Origin: Gammaproteobacteria bacterium
GTDB taxonomy: Bacteria; Pseudomonadota; Gammaproteobacteria; JABABF01
DNA: 64,000 bases
Direction: 5' to 3'
Assembly: GCA_965215045.1 (NCBI GenBank)
Contig: OZ244031.1
Coordinates: 1,581,961-1,645,960, forward strand
The notes beneath the pieces are model-generated. The model searched no databases. It had not been told where the DNA came from and saw only the letters and a program-made list of their open reading frames with translations. The position numbers and the translations under genes were made by a program. Position 1 is the first letter of the stretch; every line of letters begins with the position of its first letter. Positions 9,745 through 18,449 of the stretch are shown here, one piece after another.

Positions 9745-10724
9745 CGGTGCGCATCCCGCTCCTGTTCCTGGCTTGCGCCCTGGCCACACCGGCGTCGGCG
9801 CATCGCCTGGCACCCTCCCTGCTCGAAGTCCGGGAACAGGGGGAGGGGCACTATCGCATGGCCTGGCAACAGCCGGCGGTGGTGCCCTCGGGCCGGGAGC
9901 GACCCGCCCCGCGCCTGCCGGCACATTGCACCGCACTGGGCGAGGCGCAACTGGAACCGCTGCAGACTCCGACCGGTGCCGCCCTGCGCACCGTGCAGGA
10001 GATCGATTGCGGCAGCCGCGGACTGGAGCGCATCGCGGTCGACCAGTTGCGCAGTGATTCCGTGGTACTGCTGCGCATCCTGTTCGCCAATGGACGCATC
10101 CTGACGCGCCTGCTCAGCCACTCTGCGGCGGAATTCGAAGTGCCGCAGAGAATCGGTTTCCTGGCCGCCAGTGCCCAGTACCTGCGCCTGGGCGTGCAAC
10201 ATATCCTGGGCGGCATCGATCACCTGCTGTTCGTCTTTGGCCTGCTGCTGCTGATACGCACCACGCGGTCCCTGGTCTACACCATCACCGCCTTCACGGT
10301 CGGCCACAGCATCACCCTGTCGCTGACCGTGCTGGGTTGGCTCTACCTGCCTACTTCCCTGGTGGAGTTTACGATCGCATTGAGTATTTTCTGGGTGGCG
10401 GTGCAACTGACCCGCCCGGAACAAGAGCGCGGTTTCAGCGGGCGGCGGCCGGGGCTGGTGGCGGTGCTGTTCGGTTTTTTACACGGCATGGGTTTTGCCG
10501 GTGCACTGGCGGAAACCGGCCTGCCGGTGCACGAATTGCCCGCGGCCCTGCTGAGCTTTAATATCGGCATCGAGATTGGCCAGCTGCTGTTCATCGCGGC
10601 AGTGCTGCTGTTGCGCCAGCTGCCGTTCGTCATGCGGCAGGCGCAACTGCGCCCGCTGCTGGTTTACGTGCTGGGCGTGGCCGCGGCCTTCTGGTGTTTT
10701 GAACGTTTCTTCCTGATGTTTTAG
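9741..10724 (+). CDS. HupE/UreJ-2 family membrane protein (putative Ni/Co-type metal permease)
   Basis: GTG at 9741 overlaps the upstream stop (GATGTGA). Signal peptide ...ATPASA|HRLAPS gives a mature N-terminal His as in HupE/UreJ. C-terminal multi-TM domain with HSITLSL and FNIGIEIGQLLF motifs. Confidence 0.6.
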   Translation: MTVRIPLLFLACALATPASAHRLAPSLLEVREQGEGHYRMAWQQPAVVPSGRERPAPRLPAHCTALGEAQLEPLQTPTGAALRTVQEIDCGSRGLERIAVDQLRSDSVVLLRILFANGRILTRLLSHSAAEFEVPQRIGFLAASAQYLRLGVQHILGGIDHLLFVFGLLLLIRTTRSLVYTITAFTVGHSITLSLTVLGWLYLPTSLVEFTIALSIFWVAVQLTRPEQERGFSGRRPGLVAVLFGFLHGMGFAGALAETGLPVHELPAALLSFNIGIEIGQLLFIAAVLLLRQLPFVMRQAQLRPLLVYVLGVAAAFWCFERFFLMF

Positions 10725-10734
10725 CGGCGGTTGA

Positions 10735-12543
10735 TTACCGCCGGGTCTGCTTCCACAGGATATCGATGGTTTTTGGATCGTAGGGCGGCAGCATCTTGAA
10801 CAGCTTGGCCGGGTTGGTAAAGCCCTGGCGCAGCATCGCGCGCTGGTGACTGAAGGTGCGAAAACCGTCGAAGCCGTGGTAATTGCCCATGCCGCTGTCC
10901 CCGATACCCCCGAAAGGCAGGTCGCTGCAGCTGGCGTGCATCATCACGTCGTTAATGGTCACCCCCCCGGAACAGGTGCTGTCCAGGATGCGCTCCTCCT
11001 CCTTGCGATCCTCGCCAAAATAATACAGTGCCAGGGGGCGTGGCCGGGCATTGATAAAGTCGATGACTTCATCGATATCATCGTAGTGGCGCAGTACCAT
11101 CACCGGTCCGAACAGCTCGTGTTGCATCACCAGTGCCTCATCGACGGGCTCCAGGACCAGGTGCAGGGGCAGCCTGTGGGAGCCGTCATCGGCGATCGCT
11201 TTCTGCAGTTCTTCGACGCGCGCGCCGCGTTTCCTGGCATCCTCGAGCCATTGGTTCAGGCGTTGTAAATGCTTTTCGTTGACGATCGAAGTGTAATCGG
11301 GATTGCCGGAGATCAGGGGATACAGGTTGCCGAAGACCAGCTTGGCGTAATGCAGGAACTCTTCCAGACTGTTGTTAAATTCCTCGGAGTTGAAAGTATC
11401 GCGCGGCAGGAACACGTAGTCCGGGGAGATGCAGGCCTGCCCGGAATTCATCATCTTGCCGCAGATGATTCTCTCCACCGCCTGCTGCAGGTTCGCCGAC
11501 TTGCCGATAATCACCGGCGATTTGCCTCCCAGTTCCAGGGTGACCGGGGTCAGGTTGGGTGCCGCTGCACTCAATACCTTGCGGCCGATTTCCGTGCCGC
11601 CGGTAAAGATCAGGTGATCAAATGGCAGGCTGCTGAAGATCGCCCCGACCTCGGGGCCGCCCGTGCAGACCGCGATCTCGGTGGGTTCAAAATAACGCGG
11701 AAACAATTCCGCCATCAGTTCCGCGGTGGCCGGGTTGACTTCGGAGGGTTTGATCATCGCCCGGTTGCCGGCACCCAGGATATTCGACAGGGGATTGAAA
11801 ATCATATTGACCGGGAAGTTCCACGGTGCCATGATGCCGACCACTCCCTTGGGTTCGTAGCGTACACAAGCCCGGGCGCCCAGGAGCAGCGACACCAAAC
11901 CCGGGTTGCGCCGTTCCGGCCGCACCCAGCGCCGCAGGTGTCTCTTGGTGTGCTTGAGCTGGGTCAGCGAATCGAGCACGTCGCTCATCAGGCTGAGTGG
12001 TCGCGCCCGGCCGCTGAAATCCGCATCCAGCGCCTCGATAATGAGTTTCCGATGATTGACCAGCAGGGTGATGCAACGGTCGATCCGGTCGAGCCTGACG
12101 CCCAGGTGCACCTTGCCCTCGGCGAGAAAAGCCCGACGCTGCTGTTTTAGGAGTTCCTCCATGAATGCGCGTGTCGCCGGGGGTCTGGAGGCGTCCCGGG
12201 GAGGTGCTCCCGGAACGGTCACCGCCGCTGCAGAAGCTTGCGCTTGCGGCTGCTCCCCAAGCGTTTCCATGCCCTGGAAGGCGGCCTGTTCTGCGGCCGG
12301 AGCCGGGGCAGCGGGTGCCGGGGCAGCGGGTGCCGGCGTCACTTGTATTTCCGGCGTCTCGGTTGCCACCGCCTTGGCCCGGGTGCGACTGCTGGCCGTG
12401 GATTTGGCGGCCGTTTTTTTGCGTGTGCCGGTGGTGGAGCGGCGCCGGGTGGCGGTCTTGGGTTTGTTCGCGGTTTTCTTGGCGGTGCTGGATGACTTGG
12501 CAGCGGGTTTCCGTTTTTTTGTGCCCGAGGCTTCAGCGTTCAT
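10735..12543 (-). CDS. Aldehyde dehydrogenase (coniferyl-aldehyde-DH-like ALDH family) with about 127-aa N-terminal Lys/Ala/Pro/Thr-rich histone-H1-like extension
   Basis: 602 aa. The residue 128-602 core has ALDH motifs (GVVGIMAPWNFP, ELGGKSPVII, cysteine region GQACISPDY). The N-terminus is low complexity (KKRKPAAKSSSTAKKTANKPKTATRRR...PAPAAPAPAAPAPAAE). Confidence 0.8.
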   Translation of the reverse strand: MNAEASGTKKRKPAAKSSSTAKKTANKPKTATRRRSTTGTRKKTAAKSTASSRTRAKAVATETPEIQVTPAPAAPAPAAPAPAAEQAAFQGMETLGEQPQAQASAAAVTVPGAPPRDASRPPATRAFMEELLKQQRRAFLAEGKVHLGVRLDRIDRCITLLVNHRKLIIEALDADFSGRARPLSLMSDVLDSLTQLKHTKRHLRRWVRPERRNPGLVSLLLGARACVRYEPKGVVGIMAPWNFPVNMIFNPLSNILGAGNRAMIKPSEVNPATAELMAELFPRYFEPTEIAVCTGGPEVGAIFSSLPFDHLIFTGGTEIGRKVLSAAAPNLTPVTLELGGKSPVIIGKSANLQQAVERIICGKMMNSGQACISPDYVFLPRDTFNSEEFNNSLEEFLHYAKLVFGNLYPLISGNPDYTSIVNEKHLQRLNQWLEDARKRGARVEELQKAIADDGSHRLPLHLVLEPVDEALVMQHELFGPVMVLRHYDDIDEVIDFINARPRPLALYYFGEDRKEEERILDSTCSGGVTINDVMMHASCSDLPFGGIGDSGMGNYHGFDGFRTFSHQRAMLRQGFTNPAKLFKMLPPYDPKTIDILWKQTRR

Positions 12544-12602
12544 GACAATTCTCCAAAAAACATGAGGTCATGGGGGGGCAAAAGTATAGCCTGTTCCCGG
12601 TC

Positions 12603-14231
12603 TCAGTGCGGTGCCGGGGAATCCAGCATCATCCTCGCGGCGCGTTCTGCGATCATGATGGCCGCGGCATGGGTGTTGCCGCTTAGAATCCGCGGCAGAA
12701 CCGATGTGTCGGCAACCCGCAAGCCCTGGAGCCCGCGCACCCGCAGCCGGCTGTCGACCACGGCCTCCGGGTCTTCTCCCATGCGGCAGGTGCCCACAGG
12801 ATGGTACACGGAGTTTGCCTCCCGGCGCACGAATTCCAGCGTCTCCTCCGCGGTTTTGCAATCCATGCCCGCCAGCCGGGTCTGTTCATCGCGCCACGGG
12901 CGGAAGGCCGGGGCGGCGAATATGTCACGCACCCGGCGATAAGCGGCGACGATCCTCTGCCGGTCTTCCGGGTGTTGCAGGTAATTGGCGATGATGCGCG
13001 GTGCTTGGGTGGCGTCCCCGGAGTGGATATGCACGGAACCGCGGCTCTGCGGACAGAGATTGCACACCGTGGCGGTGACGCCCGGGCACAACTTCATGTT
13101 GCCGTTTTCGTAGCGTGCGGTGGCGGGGGTAAAGTGTATCTGCGCATCGGGGCGGTCCAGGTCCTCCCGGGTTTTGAAAAAGGCACCGACTTCGGAGGCG
13201 GGGTGCGTGAGCAGGCCCTTGCGATGGAGGAGAAAATTCAGCAGGTTGCGCGCAAAAGCGCCGGGTCGCGTCTCCTCGTACAGGGTGTTGATCCCCTGCA
13301 GTCCCTGGTACACATTGATGGTCAGGTGATCCTGCAGGTTTTCCCCGACCTGGGGGCGATGCAGCAGCGGGCGGATGCCGGTGTTCGAAAGCTGCTTGCG
13401 ATCGCCGATACCGGATAATTCCAGCAGCTGCGGCGAGCCGATGCTGCCGGCACAGAGCACGATTTCCCGCCGCGCCCGGGCGGTGTGTCGCCGCTCCCCG
13501 TCCCGCTCCTGTGCACGGTATTGCACGCCGATGGCGGTCTCGTCCCGGAACAGGATTTTTTCCGCCAGGGCCAGGGGCCGGATGCAGAGGTTCGGGCGCC
13601 GGCGCACCGGCTTCAGGTAGGCCGCAGCGCAGCTGTGACGCAAGCCGTTGCGGAGGTTCAACTGGTAATAACCGATGCCCTCGTTATCCCCGGTATTGAA
13701 ATCACTGCTGAACGGGATGCCCACCTCCTGCCCGGCGTCGATGAATACCTCGCCCACCGGGTAGAGGTTGATCGGGTTGCTCACCCACAGCGGGCCGCCG
13801 ACGCCGTGGAATTCATCCTCCCCGTTGACATTGTTCTCGGAGAACCGGAACCATGGCAACACATCCCGCCACGACCAGCCCCGGCAGCCGGCCGCCTCCC
13901 AGTCATCGTAGTCCAGCCGATGGCCGCGGATATAGACCATGCCGTTAATGGAACTGCTGCCACCCAGCACCTTGCCGCGCGGAAAATCGATGCGCCGGCC
14001 GTGCATGTGCTCCTCTTCTTCGGTCTGGAAACACCAGTTGAGCGTCGTGTCCTGCATCATGCGGGTGAAACCGCCCGGGATGTGGATATTGGGATTGCGG
14101 TCCCGGCCGCCGGCCTCCAGCAGCAGGACCCGGTAACTCGCCTCCCGGCTCAGGCGGTTGGCGAGCACGCAGCCCGCCGAGCCCGCCCCGATAACGATGT
14201 AATCGTATTCTTCTGTGCCATTCCCGGGCAT
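12603..14231 (-). CDS. GMC-family oxidoreductase (choline dehydrogenase BetA-like)
   Basis: Start moved to the internal Met (MPGNGTEEYDYIVIGAGSAGCVLANRLS, Rossmann GxGxxG). The C-terminal GMC motifs match. The ORF-track N-terminal extension lacks homology. Confidence 0.85.
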   Translation of the reverse strand: MPGNGTEEYDYIVIGAGSAGCVLANRLSREASYRVLLLEAGGRDRNPNIHIPGGFTRMMQDTTLNWCFQTEEEEHMHGRRIDFPRGKVLGGSSSINGMVYIRGHRLDYDDWEAAGCRGWSWRDVLPWFRFSENNVNGEDEFHGVGGPLWVSNPINLYPVGEVFIDAGQEVGIPFSSDFNTGDNEGIGYYQLNLRNGLRHSCAAAYLKPVRRRPNLCIRPLALAEKILFRDETAIGVQYRAQERDGERRHTARARREIVLCAGSIGSPQLLELSGIGDRKQLSNTGIRPLLHRPQVGENLQDHLTINVYQGLQGINTLYEETRPGAFARNLLNFLLHRKGLLTHPASEVGAFFKTREDLDRPDAQIHFTPATARYENGNMKLCPGVTATVCNLCPQSRGSVHIHSGDATQAPRIIANYLQHPEDRQRIVAAYRRVRDIFAAPAFRPWRDEQTRLAGMDCKTAEETLEFVRREANSVYHPVGTCRMGEDPEAVVDSRLRVRGLQGLRVADTSVLPRILSGNTHAAAIMIAERAARMMLDSPAPH

Positions 14232-14241
14232 CAACCCAATC

Positions 14242-14640
14242 TCAGGCAGAATCCCTGGGGGTAATTCGCAGTGCGATTGCGGTGAGGATGAAAGTGACCC
14301 ATTCGTAGATGAGCACTGACTGGATGTACGGGTTGTCAAAGGTGTGGTCCAGCCAGGCACCGAAGGTGCGCGTGATTGCCAGGGCACCGATCAGGACCAG
14401 CAGGATCCACAGGAAAGCGTGCCGCCAGCCGCTGATAAAAGCGGCGAGGATGAGCAGTACGCCCAGGGACAGTTGCACGCCCCCGTACATGGCCCGGATT
14501 TCGGTCAATGCCTGGGCCGTCACCCCGGGCAGTTCCAGGGTTGTGCTGACATACTCCGGGTTAAACAGGCACCACAGGCCGTAGCCGGCAAATAAAATCC
14601 CCGTGATCAACAGTACGATGCGCCCGAACATATCTTGCAT
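14242..14640 (-). CDS. Small integral membrane protein (DUF4345-like, 4 TM)
   Basis: 132 aa, hydrophobic. Sits directly upstream of the GMC gene on the same strand with a 10-nt spacer. Confidence 0.5.
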   Translation of the reverse strand: MQDMFGRIVLLITGILFAGYGLWCLFNPEYVSTTLELPGVTAQALTEIRAMYGGVQLSLGVLLILAAFISGWRHAFLWILLVLIGALAITRTFGAWLDHTFDNPYIQSVLIYEWVTFILTAIALRITPRDSA

Positions 14641-14688
14641 TCCCCCCGGGAATCTTTCGCTGCCCTCATCATACCCCGGAAGAGGATT

Positions 14689-15999
14689 TTATGCAGGCAG
14701 GTGGACGCCGCTGTGGAGGGCGTCGGCAATGGCCCGGCCGATGCGCCGCAGGTCTTCCTCGCCGATGGGATAGGGGGGCATGGTGTAGACCAGCCGCCCG
14801 AAAGGACGCAGCCAGACCCCGCCCTCCACCAGCGCATTTTGCAGGGCTGCGGGGTGTGCCGGTGCCTGTTCCAGTTCGACCACGCCGACGGCACCCAGGC
14901 AGCGCACATCCGCCACCCCGGGCAACTCCCCGAGCGGCATCAGCTCTTCCCGGAGAATGGTTTCCACGTTCTGTACCCGCTGCCGCCAGGGACTTTGCAG
15001 CAGCAGTTCGATGCTGGCCGAGGCCACGCTGCAGGCCAGCGGGTTGGCCATGAAGGTCGGCCCGTGCATGAGCGGCTGGCCCTGCGGTCCGCACACTTCG
15101 GCGGCAATTTCATCGCTGCACAGCACCGCCGCCAGGCTCAAGTAGCCGCCGGTGAGCGCCTTGCCCACGCAGAGAATATCGGGGCTGACCCCGGCGTGCT
15201 CGGCGGCGAACAGGGTGCCGGTGCGCCCGAAGCCGGTGGCGATCTCATCGAGAATCAGCGGCGTCTCGCAGCGGGTGCAGAGTGAGCGCACCCGCTGCAG
15301 GTATTCCGCGGAATAGGTCCACATACCGCCGGCCCCCTGCAGGATCGGTTCCAGCACCACCGCGGCGATCTCTTCCCGATGCGCAAGGAGCAGGCCTTGC
15401 AACTCTCGAATGTGCGCGTCCGTGCAGGACAGGCCGAAACGCGGGGCGGGTCGCGGTGCAAACAGGTGCCCGGCGACGACCCCGGGAAACAGTGCGTGCC
15501 CGCCCTGTTCCGGGTCCGAGATCGCCAGGGCACCGAAGGTGTCGCCGTGATAGGCACCGCGCACGCTGAGCAGGCGTCCGGGGCGGCCGTCTTGCGGCCG
15601 GCGATGCCGGTGGCGCTGCAAGACCATCTTGATCGCCACTTCCATGGCCACCGAACCGGAATCACAGAAAAACACCTTTTGCAGTGCCGCGGGACACACG
15701 GACAGCAATTGTTCGGCGAGCCGCACCGCCGGCTCGTGCGTCAGGCCGCCGAACATCAGGTGCGCCATGGAACGCAGCTGTTCATGCACGGCCGCATCCA
15801 ACTGCGGCACCGCGTACCCATGGATGGCCGCCCACCAGGAGGACATGCCGTCCACCAGTTCGCGTCCATCGGCGAGTTGCAGGCGCACGCCGGAGGCCGA
15901 AACTACCGGCAGGGCGTCGGCCCCGCCCATGCTTGCGTAGGGATGCCAGAGATGGCGACGGTCGAAGGCGAGCAGGGCCTCGCGGTCCGCTTGGGGCAT
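14689..15999 (-). CDS. bioA: Adenosylmethionine-8-amino-7-oxononanoate aminotransferase
   Basis: 436 aa. The N-terminus LAFDRRHLWHPYASM...VDGMSSWWAAIHGY is typical of BioA. Class-III aminotransferase motifs present. Confidence 0.85.
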   Translation of the reverse strand: MPQADREALLAFDRRHLWHPYASMGGADALPVVSASGVRLQLADGRELVDGMSSWWAAIHGYAVPQLDAAVHEQLRSMAHLMFGGLTHEPAVRLAEQLLSVCPAALQKVFFCDSGSVAMEVAIKMVLQRHRHRRPQDGRPGRLLSVRGAYHGDTFGALAISDPEQGGHALFPGVVAGHLFAPRPAPRFGLSCTDAHIRELQGLLLAHREEIAAVVLEPILQGAGGMWTYSAEYLQRVRSLCTRCETPLILDEIATGFGRTGTLFAAEHAGVSPDILCVGKALTGGYLSLAAVLCSDEIAAEVCGPQGQPLMHGPTFMANPLACSVASASIELLLQSPWRQRVQNVETILREELMPLGELPGVADVRCLGAVGVVELEQAPAHPAALQNALVEGGVWLRPFGRLVYTMPPYPIGEEDLRRIGRAIADALHSGVHLPA

Positions 16000-16010
16000 C
16001 GGGGATGGCT

Positions 16011-17003
16011 TCAGCCCGGGAGAAGCCTCTGCATCGTGTCGCGCTCCGCAGTCAGTTCGGCGACGCTCTGTTCCAACATCCGGCGACTGAATTCATTGAT
16101 TTCCAGTCCCTGGACAATCTCCCATTCACCGGCGTGACAGCGCACGGGAAAAGAACAGACCAGGCCTTCCTCCACCCCGTAACTGCCGTCGCTGACCACT
16201 CCCATGCTGACCCAGTCGTCCTCTTGCGTGCCCTGCATCCAGTCCCGTATATGATCGATGGCCGCATTGGCCGCAGAGGCGGCACTCGATGCACCGCGTG
16301 CTGCAATCACCCGTGCCCCCCGCTGTTGTACCTGGGGGATCATGGTGTCGCGGTACCAGTCTTCCTCCACCTGGGACAGGGCGGGTTGCCCGCGCACCCG
16401 GGCGTGATGCAGATCGGGGAATTGCGTCGAGGAATGGTTGCCCCATATAGTGAGGCGGTGTACGTCCTGCACCCGGGCACCGCTGTGTGCTGCCAGCATG
16501 GCAGCGGCCCGGTTATGGTCCAGGCGCGTCATGGCGGTGAATTGCCGGGGTGAAATGCCCGATGCGTGTGTGTAGGCGGCAAAGGTGTTGCTGTTGGCGG
16601 GATTGCCGATCACCAGGACCCGCACAGAAGGCGAAGCCGCGGCGGCGATGGCGCGTCCCTGTTGGATGAAAATCTGCGCATTTTTCTCCAGGAGTTCACT
16701 GCGTTCCATCCCCGGGCCGCGGGGAAAAGCACCCGGGAGAAGGATGTACTGGCTGTTGTCGAAGGCCTCTTCGGCGTCGCTGCTGTAATGGACACTGTGC
16801 AACAGGGGGAAGGCGCAATCGACCAACTCCATGCAGACGCCTTCCAGGCTTTCCATGGCCTGGGGGATTTCCAGTAATTGCAGGGCGACGGGTTGCTCCT
16901 CGCCCAGCATGTCCCCGGCGGCGATGCGAAACAGCAGGCTGTAACTGATCTGCCCGGCGGCACCGCTGACGGCGACGCGGGCGACTTCAGGGTTCTCCCC
17001 CAT
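16011..17003 (-). CDS. mdh: Malate dehydrogenase (LDH-like MDH family)
   Basis: 330 aa with N-terminal [24 protein letters not shown]-binding and MDH signature regions. Confidence 0.85.
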   Translation of the reverse strand: MGENPEVARVAVSGAAGQISYSLLFRIAAGDMLGEEQPVALQLLEIPQAMESLEGVCMELVDCAFPLLHSVHYSSDAEEAFDNSQYILLPGAFPRGPGMERSELLEKNAQIFIQQGRAIAAAASPSVRVLVIGNPANSNTFAAYTHASGISPRQFTAMTRLDHNRAAAMLAAHSGARVQDVHRLTIWGNHSSTQFPDLHHARVRGQPALSQVEEDWYRDTMIPQVQQRGARVIAARGASSAASAANAAIDHIRDWMQGTQEDDWVSMGVVSDGSYGVEEGLVCSFPVRCHAGEWEIVQGLEINEFSRRMLEQSVAELTAERDTMQRLLPG

Positions 17004-17042
17004 ACAGCCGTCTGCTGCAGACCCCGGGAAGAGGGGTGTGGG

Positions 17043-17477
17043 TCAGCGTTGTGCTTCTTCGGGAGCGACGCCGACGATCAGCGTGGAAACGCCCAGCCTG
17101 GCGTCCAAGCGCGCCTTGGTACGTTGCGCTTCCCGGGGGCTCATGTCCCTGCCCACGTAGAGGGCGAAGGAATCGGGATTGAGCCGTTCTATGTAAGCCT
17201 CATAGCCCGAAGTGCTGAGATCTTGACGCACCTTGCGGGCGACATCGCGTCCCGCCCGCGAATAAGTGCTGACGCGTACCCGGATATTTTGCAGGTTCTC
17301 CAGCGATTGCTCTTGCGTTGCCGACCGTGTGGGTCCGGCAGCGCGTTCGCTCGCAGGCGACAGACCGGGCATCTGGAAGTCCTCCAGTATGGCGCAGGCA
17401 CCCAGGGACGCCGCTCCCAGGAGAATTACAGATGCCGACAGTATGCGAACGCCGGATACGGAACTCTGATTCTTCAT
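17043..17477 (-). CDS. Lipoprotein with C-terminal SPOR-like domain
   Basis: 144 aa. Lipobox LGAC and a C-terminal RVRVSTYSRAGRDVARKV...ALYVGRDMSPREAQRTKARL resembling SPOR peptidoglycan-binding repeats. Confidence 0.45.
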   Translation of the reverse strand: MKNQSSVSGVRILSASVILLGAASLGACAILEDFQMPGLSPASERAAGPTRSATQEQSLENLQNIRVRVSTYSRAGRDVARKVRQDLSTSGYEAYIERLNPDSFALYVGRDMSPREAQRTKARLDARLGVSTLIVGVAPEEAQR

Positions 17478-17561
17478 AACTCTGCTCCTATGGTGATATT
17501 GCAGAAAAAACCTTCTTAATCATAGCAAAATAAAAACTTTTTGACATCCCCCTGAAAATAC

Positions 17562-17790
17562 GCCCATCGTGGCCCCCGCGTACGGGGGCGATGAATGCTT
17601 GGGAGCAGCGCGCACCGGGGCCGCCCATCGTGGCCCCTGCGTACGGGGGCGATGAATGCTTGGGAGCAGCGCGCACCGGGGCCGCCCATCGTGGCCCCTG
17701 CGTACGGGGGCGATGAATGCTTGGAAGCAGCGCGCACCGGGGCCGCCCATCGTGCGCCCCCGCGTACGGGGCACGGGCGACCCGGTACCG
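17562..17790. repeat. 61-bp tandem direct repeat, 3 full copies plus 1 partial
   Basis: Unit GCCCATCGTGGCCCC(C/T)GCGTACGGGGGCGATGAATGCTTGGGAGCAGCGCGCACCGGGGCC starts at 17562, 17623, 17684 and 17745. Each unit holds the hairpin GCCCCCG-CGTA-CGGGGGC. Confidence 0.9.
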
Positions 17791-17924
17791 CAGGATGCGC
17801 TTGCCGGCCCGGCTCTGCAGGTGGGTGCGGTGCGTGGCAGATGACACCCGGGGAGCTTGCACATTGCCCGCCATCCCGGCGGGCGGGCTTGCTAAAATAA
17901 ACATTTTTGCCACTTGCGCCCATG

Positions 17925-18449
17925 TATCACGGCGACGATGAATCCTGGATGCGCCGCGCCCTGCAACTGGCGGAGCGTGCCGCCACCGCCGGCCAGGTGC
18001 CGGTCGGTGCCGTGGTGGTGCGGGACGGCGAGGCGGTCGGGGAGGGCTGGAACCGCCCGGTCCAGGCCACGGACCCGACCGGGCATGCGGAAATTATCGC
18101 CCTGCGCGCCGCCGGTCGGCGTCTGCGGAACTACAGGTTGCCCGGCTGCATTCTCTACGTGACGGTGGAACCTTGTGCGATGTGTGCCGGTGCCCTGGTG
18201 CACGCGCGCATCGCCCGCCTGGTATTCGGCACCCGGGAACCGCGCGCCGGTGCAGTCGCAAGCCGCTTGCAACTGTTGGACCAGGAGCACCTGAATCATC
18301 GCGTACCGTGGGAGGAGGGTCTGCTGGCACAGAGGGCGGCCGGACTGATGCGCGACTTTTTTCGCCTGCGGCGCCGGGATGCCCGGGATGCCCGTCACAC
18401 GGGGGGGCCTGCCGCACTGGGTCTGGATTGTTCCGGGGCACCGACGTGA
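17925..18449 (+). CDS. tadA: tRNA-specific adenosine deaminase
   Basis: CDA-fold motifs HAEIIAL and TVEPCAMCAGAL. Start chosen at MYHGDDESWMRRALQLA. Confidence 0.85.
   Translation, partial: YHGDDESWMRRALQLAERAATAGQVPVGAVVVRDGEAVGEGWNRPVQATDPTGHAEIIALRAAGRRLRNYRLPGCILYVTVEPCAMCAGALVHARIARLVFGTREPRAGAVASRLQLLDQEHLNHRVPWEEGLLAQRAAGLMRDFFRLRRRDARDARHTGGPAALGLDCSGAPT

Noticed and set aside
11269-12150. 293-aa plus-strand ORF inside the ALDH gene
   Set aside because: Antisense to a conserved ALDH with no recognisable motifs.
14232-14387. N-terminal extension of the GMC oxidoreductase ORF (MPWQSRAPS...)
   Set aside because: The FAD-binding GxGxxG N-terminus starts at the internal Met (14231). The extension would overlap the DUF4345 gene.
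17488-17941. Multiple overlapping ORFs across the 61-bp tandem repeat (both strands)
   Set aside because: Reading frames are created by the repeat periodicity. The region is intergenic between the SPOR-lipoprotein gene and tadA.
18173-18445. Upstream 91-codon extension of the purL ORF
   Set aside because: The extension overlaps the tadA coding frame and has no PurL homology. The conserved PurL N-terminus begins at GTG 18446, which overlaps the tadA stop.
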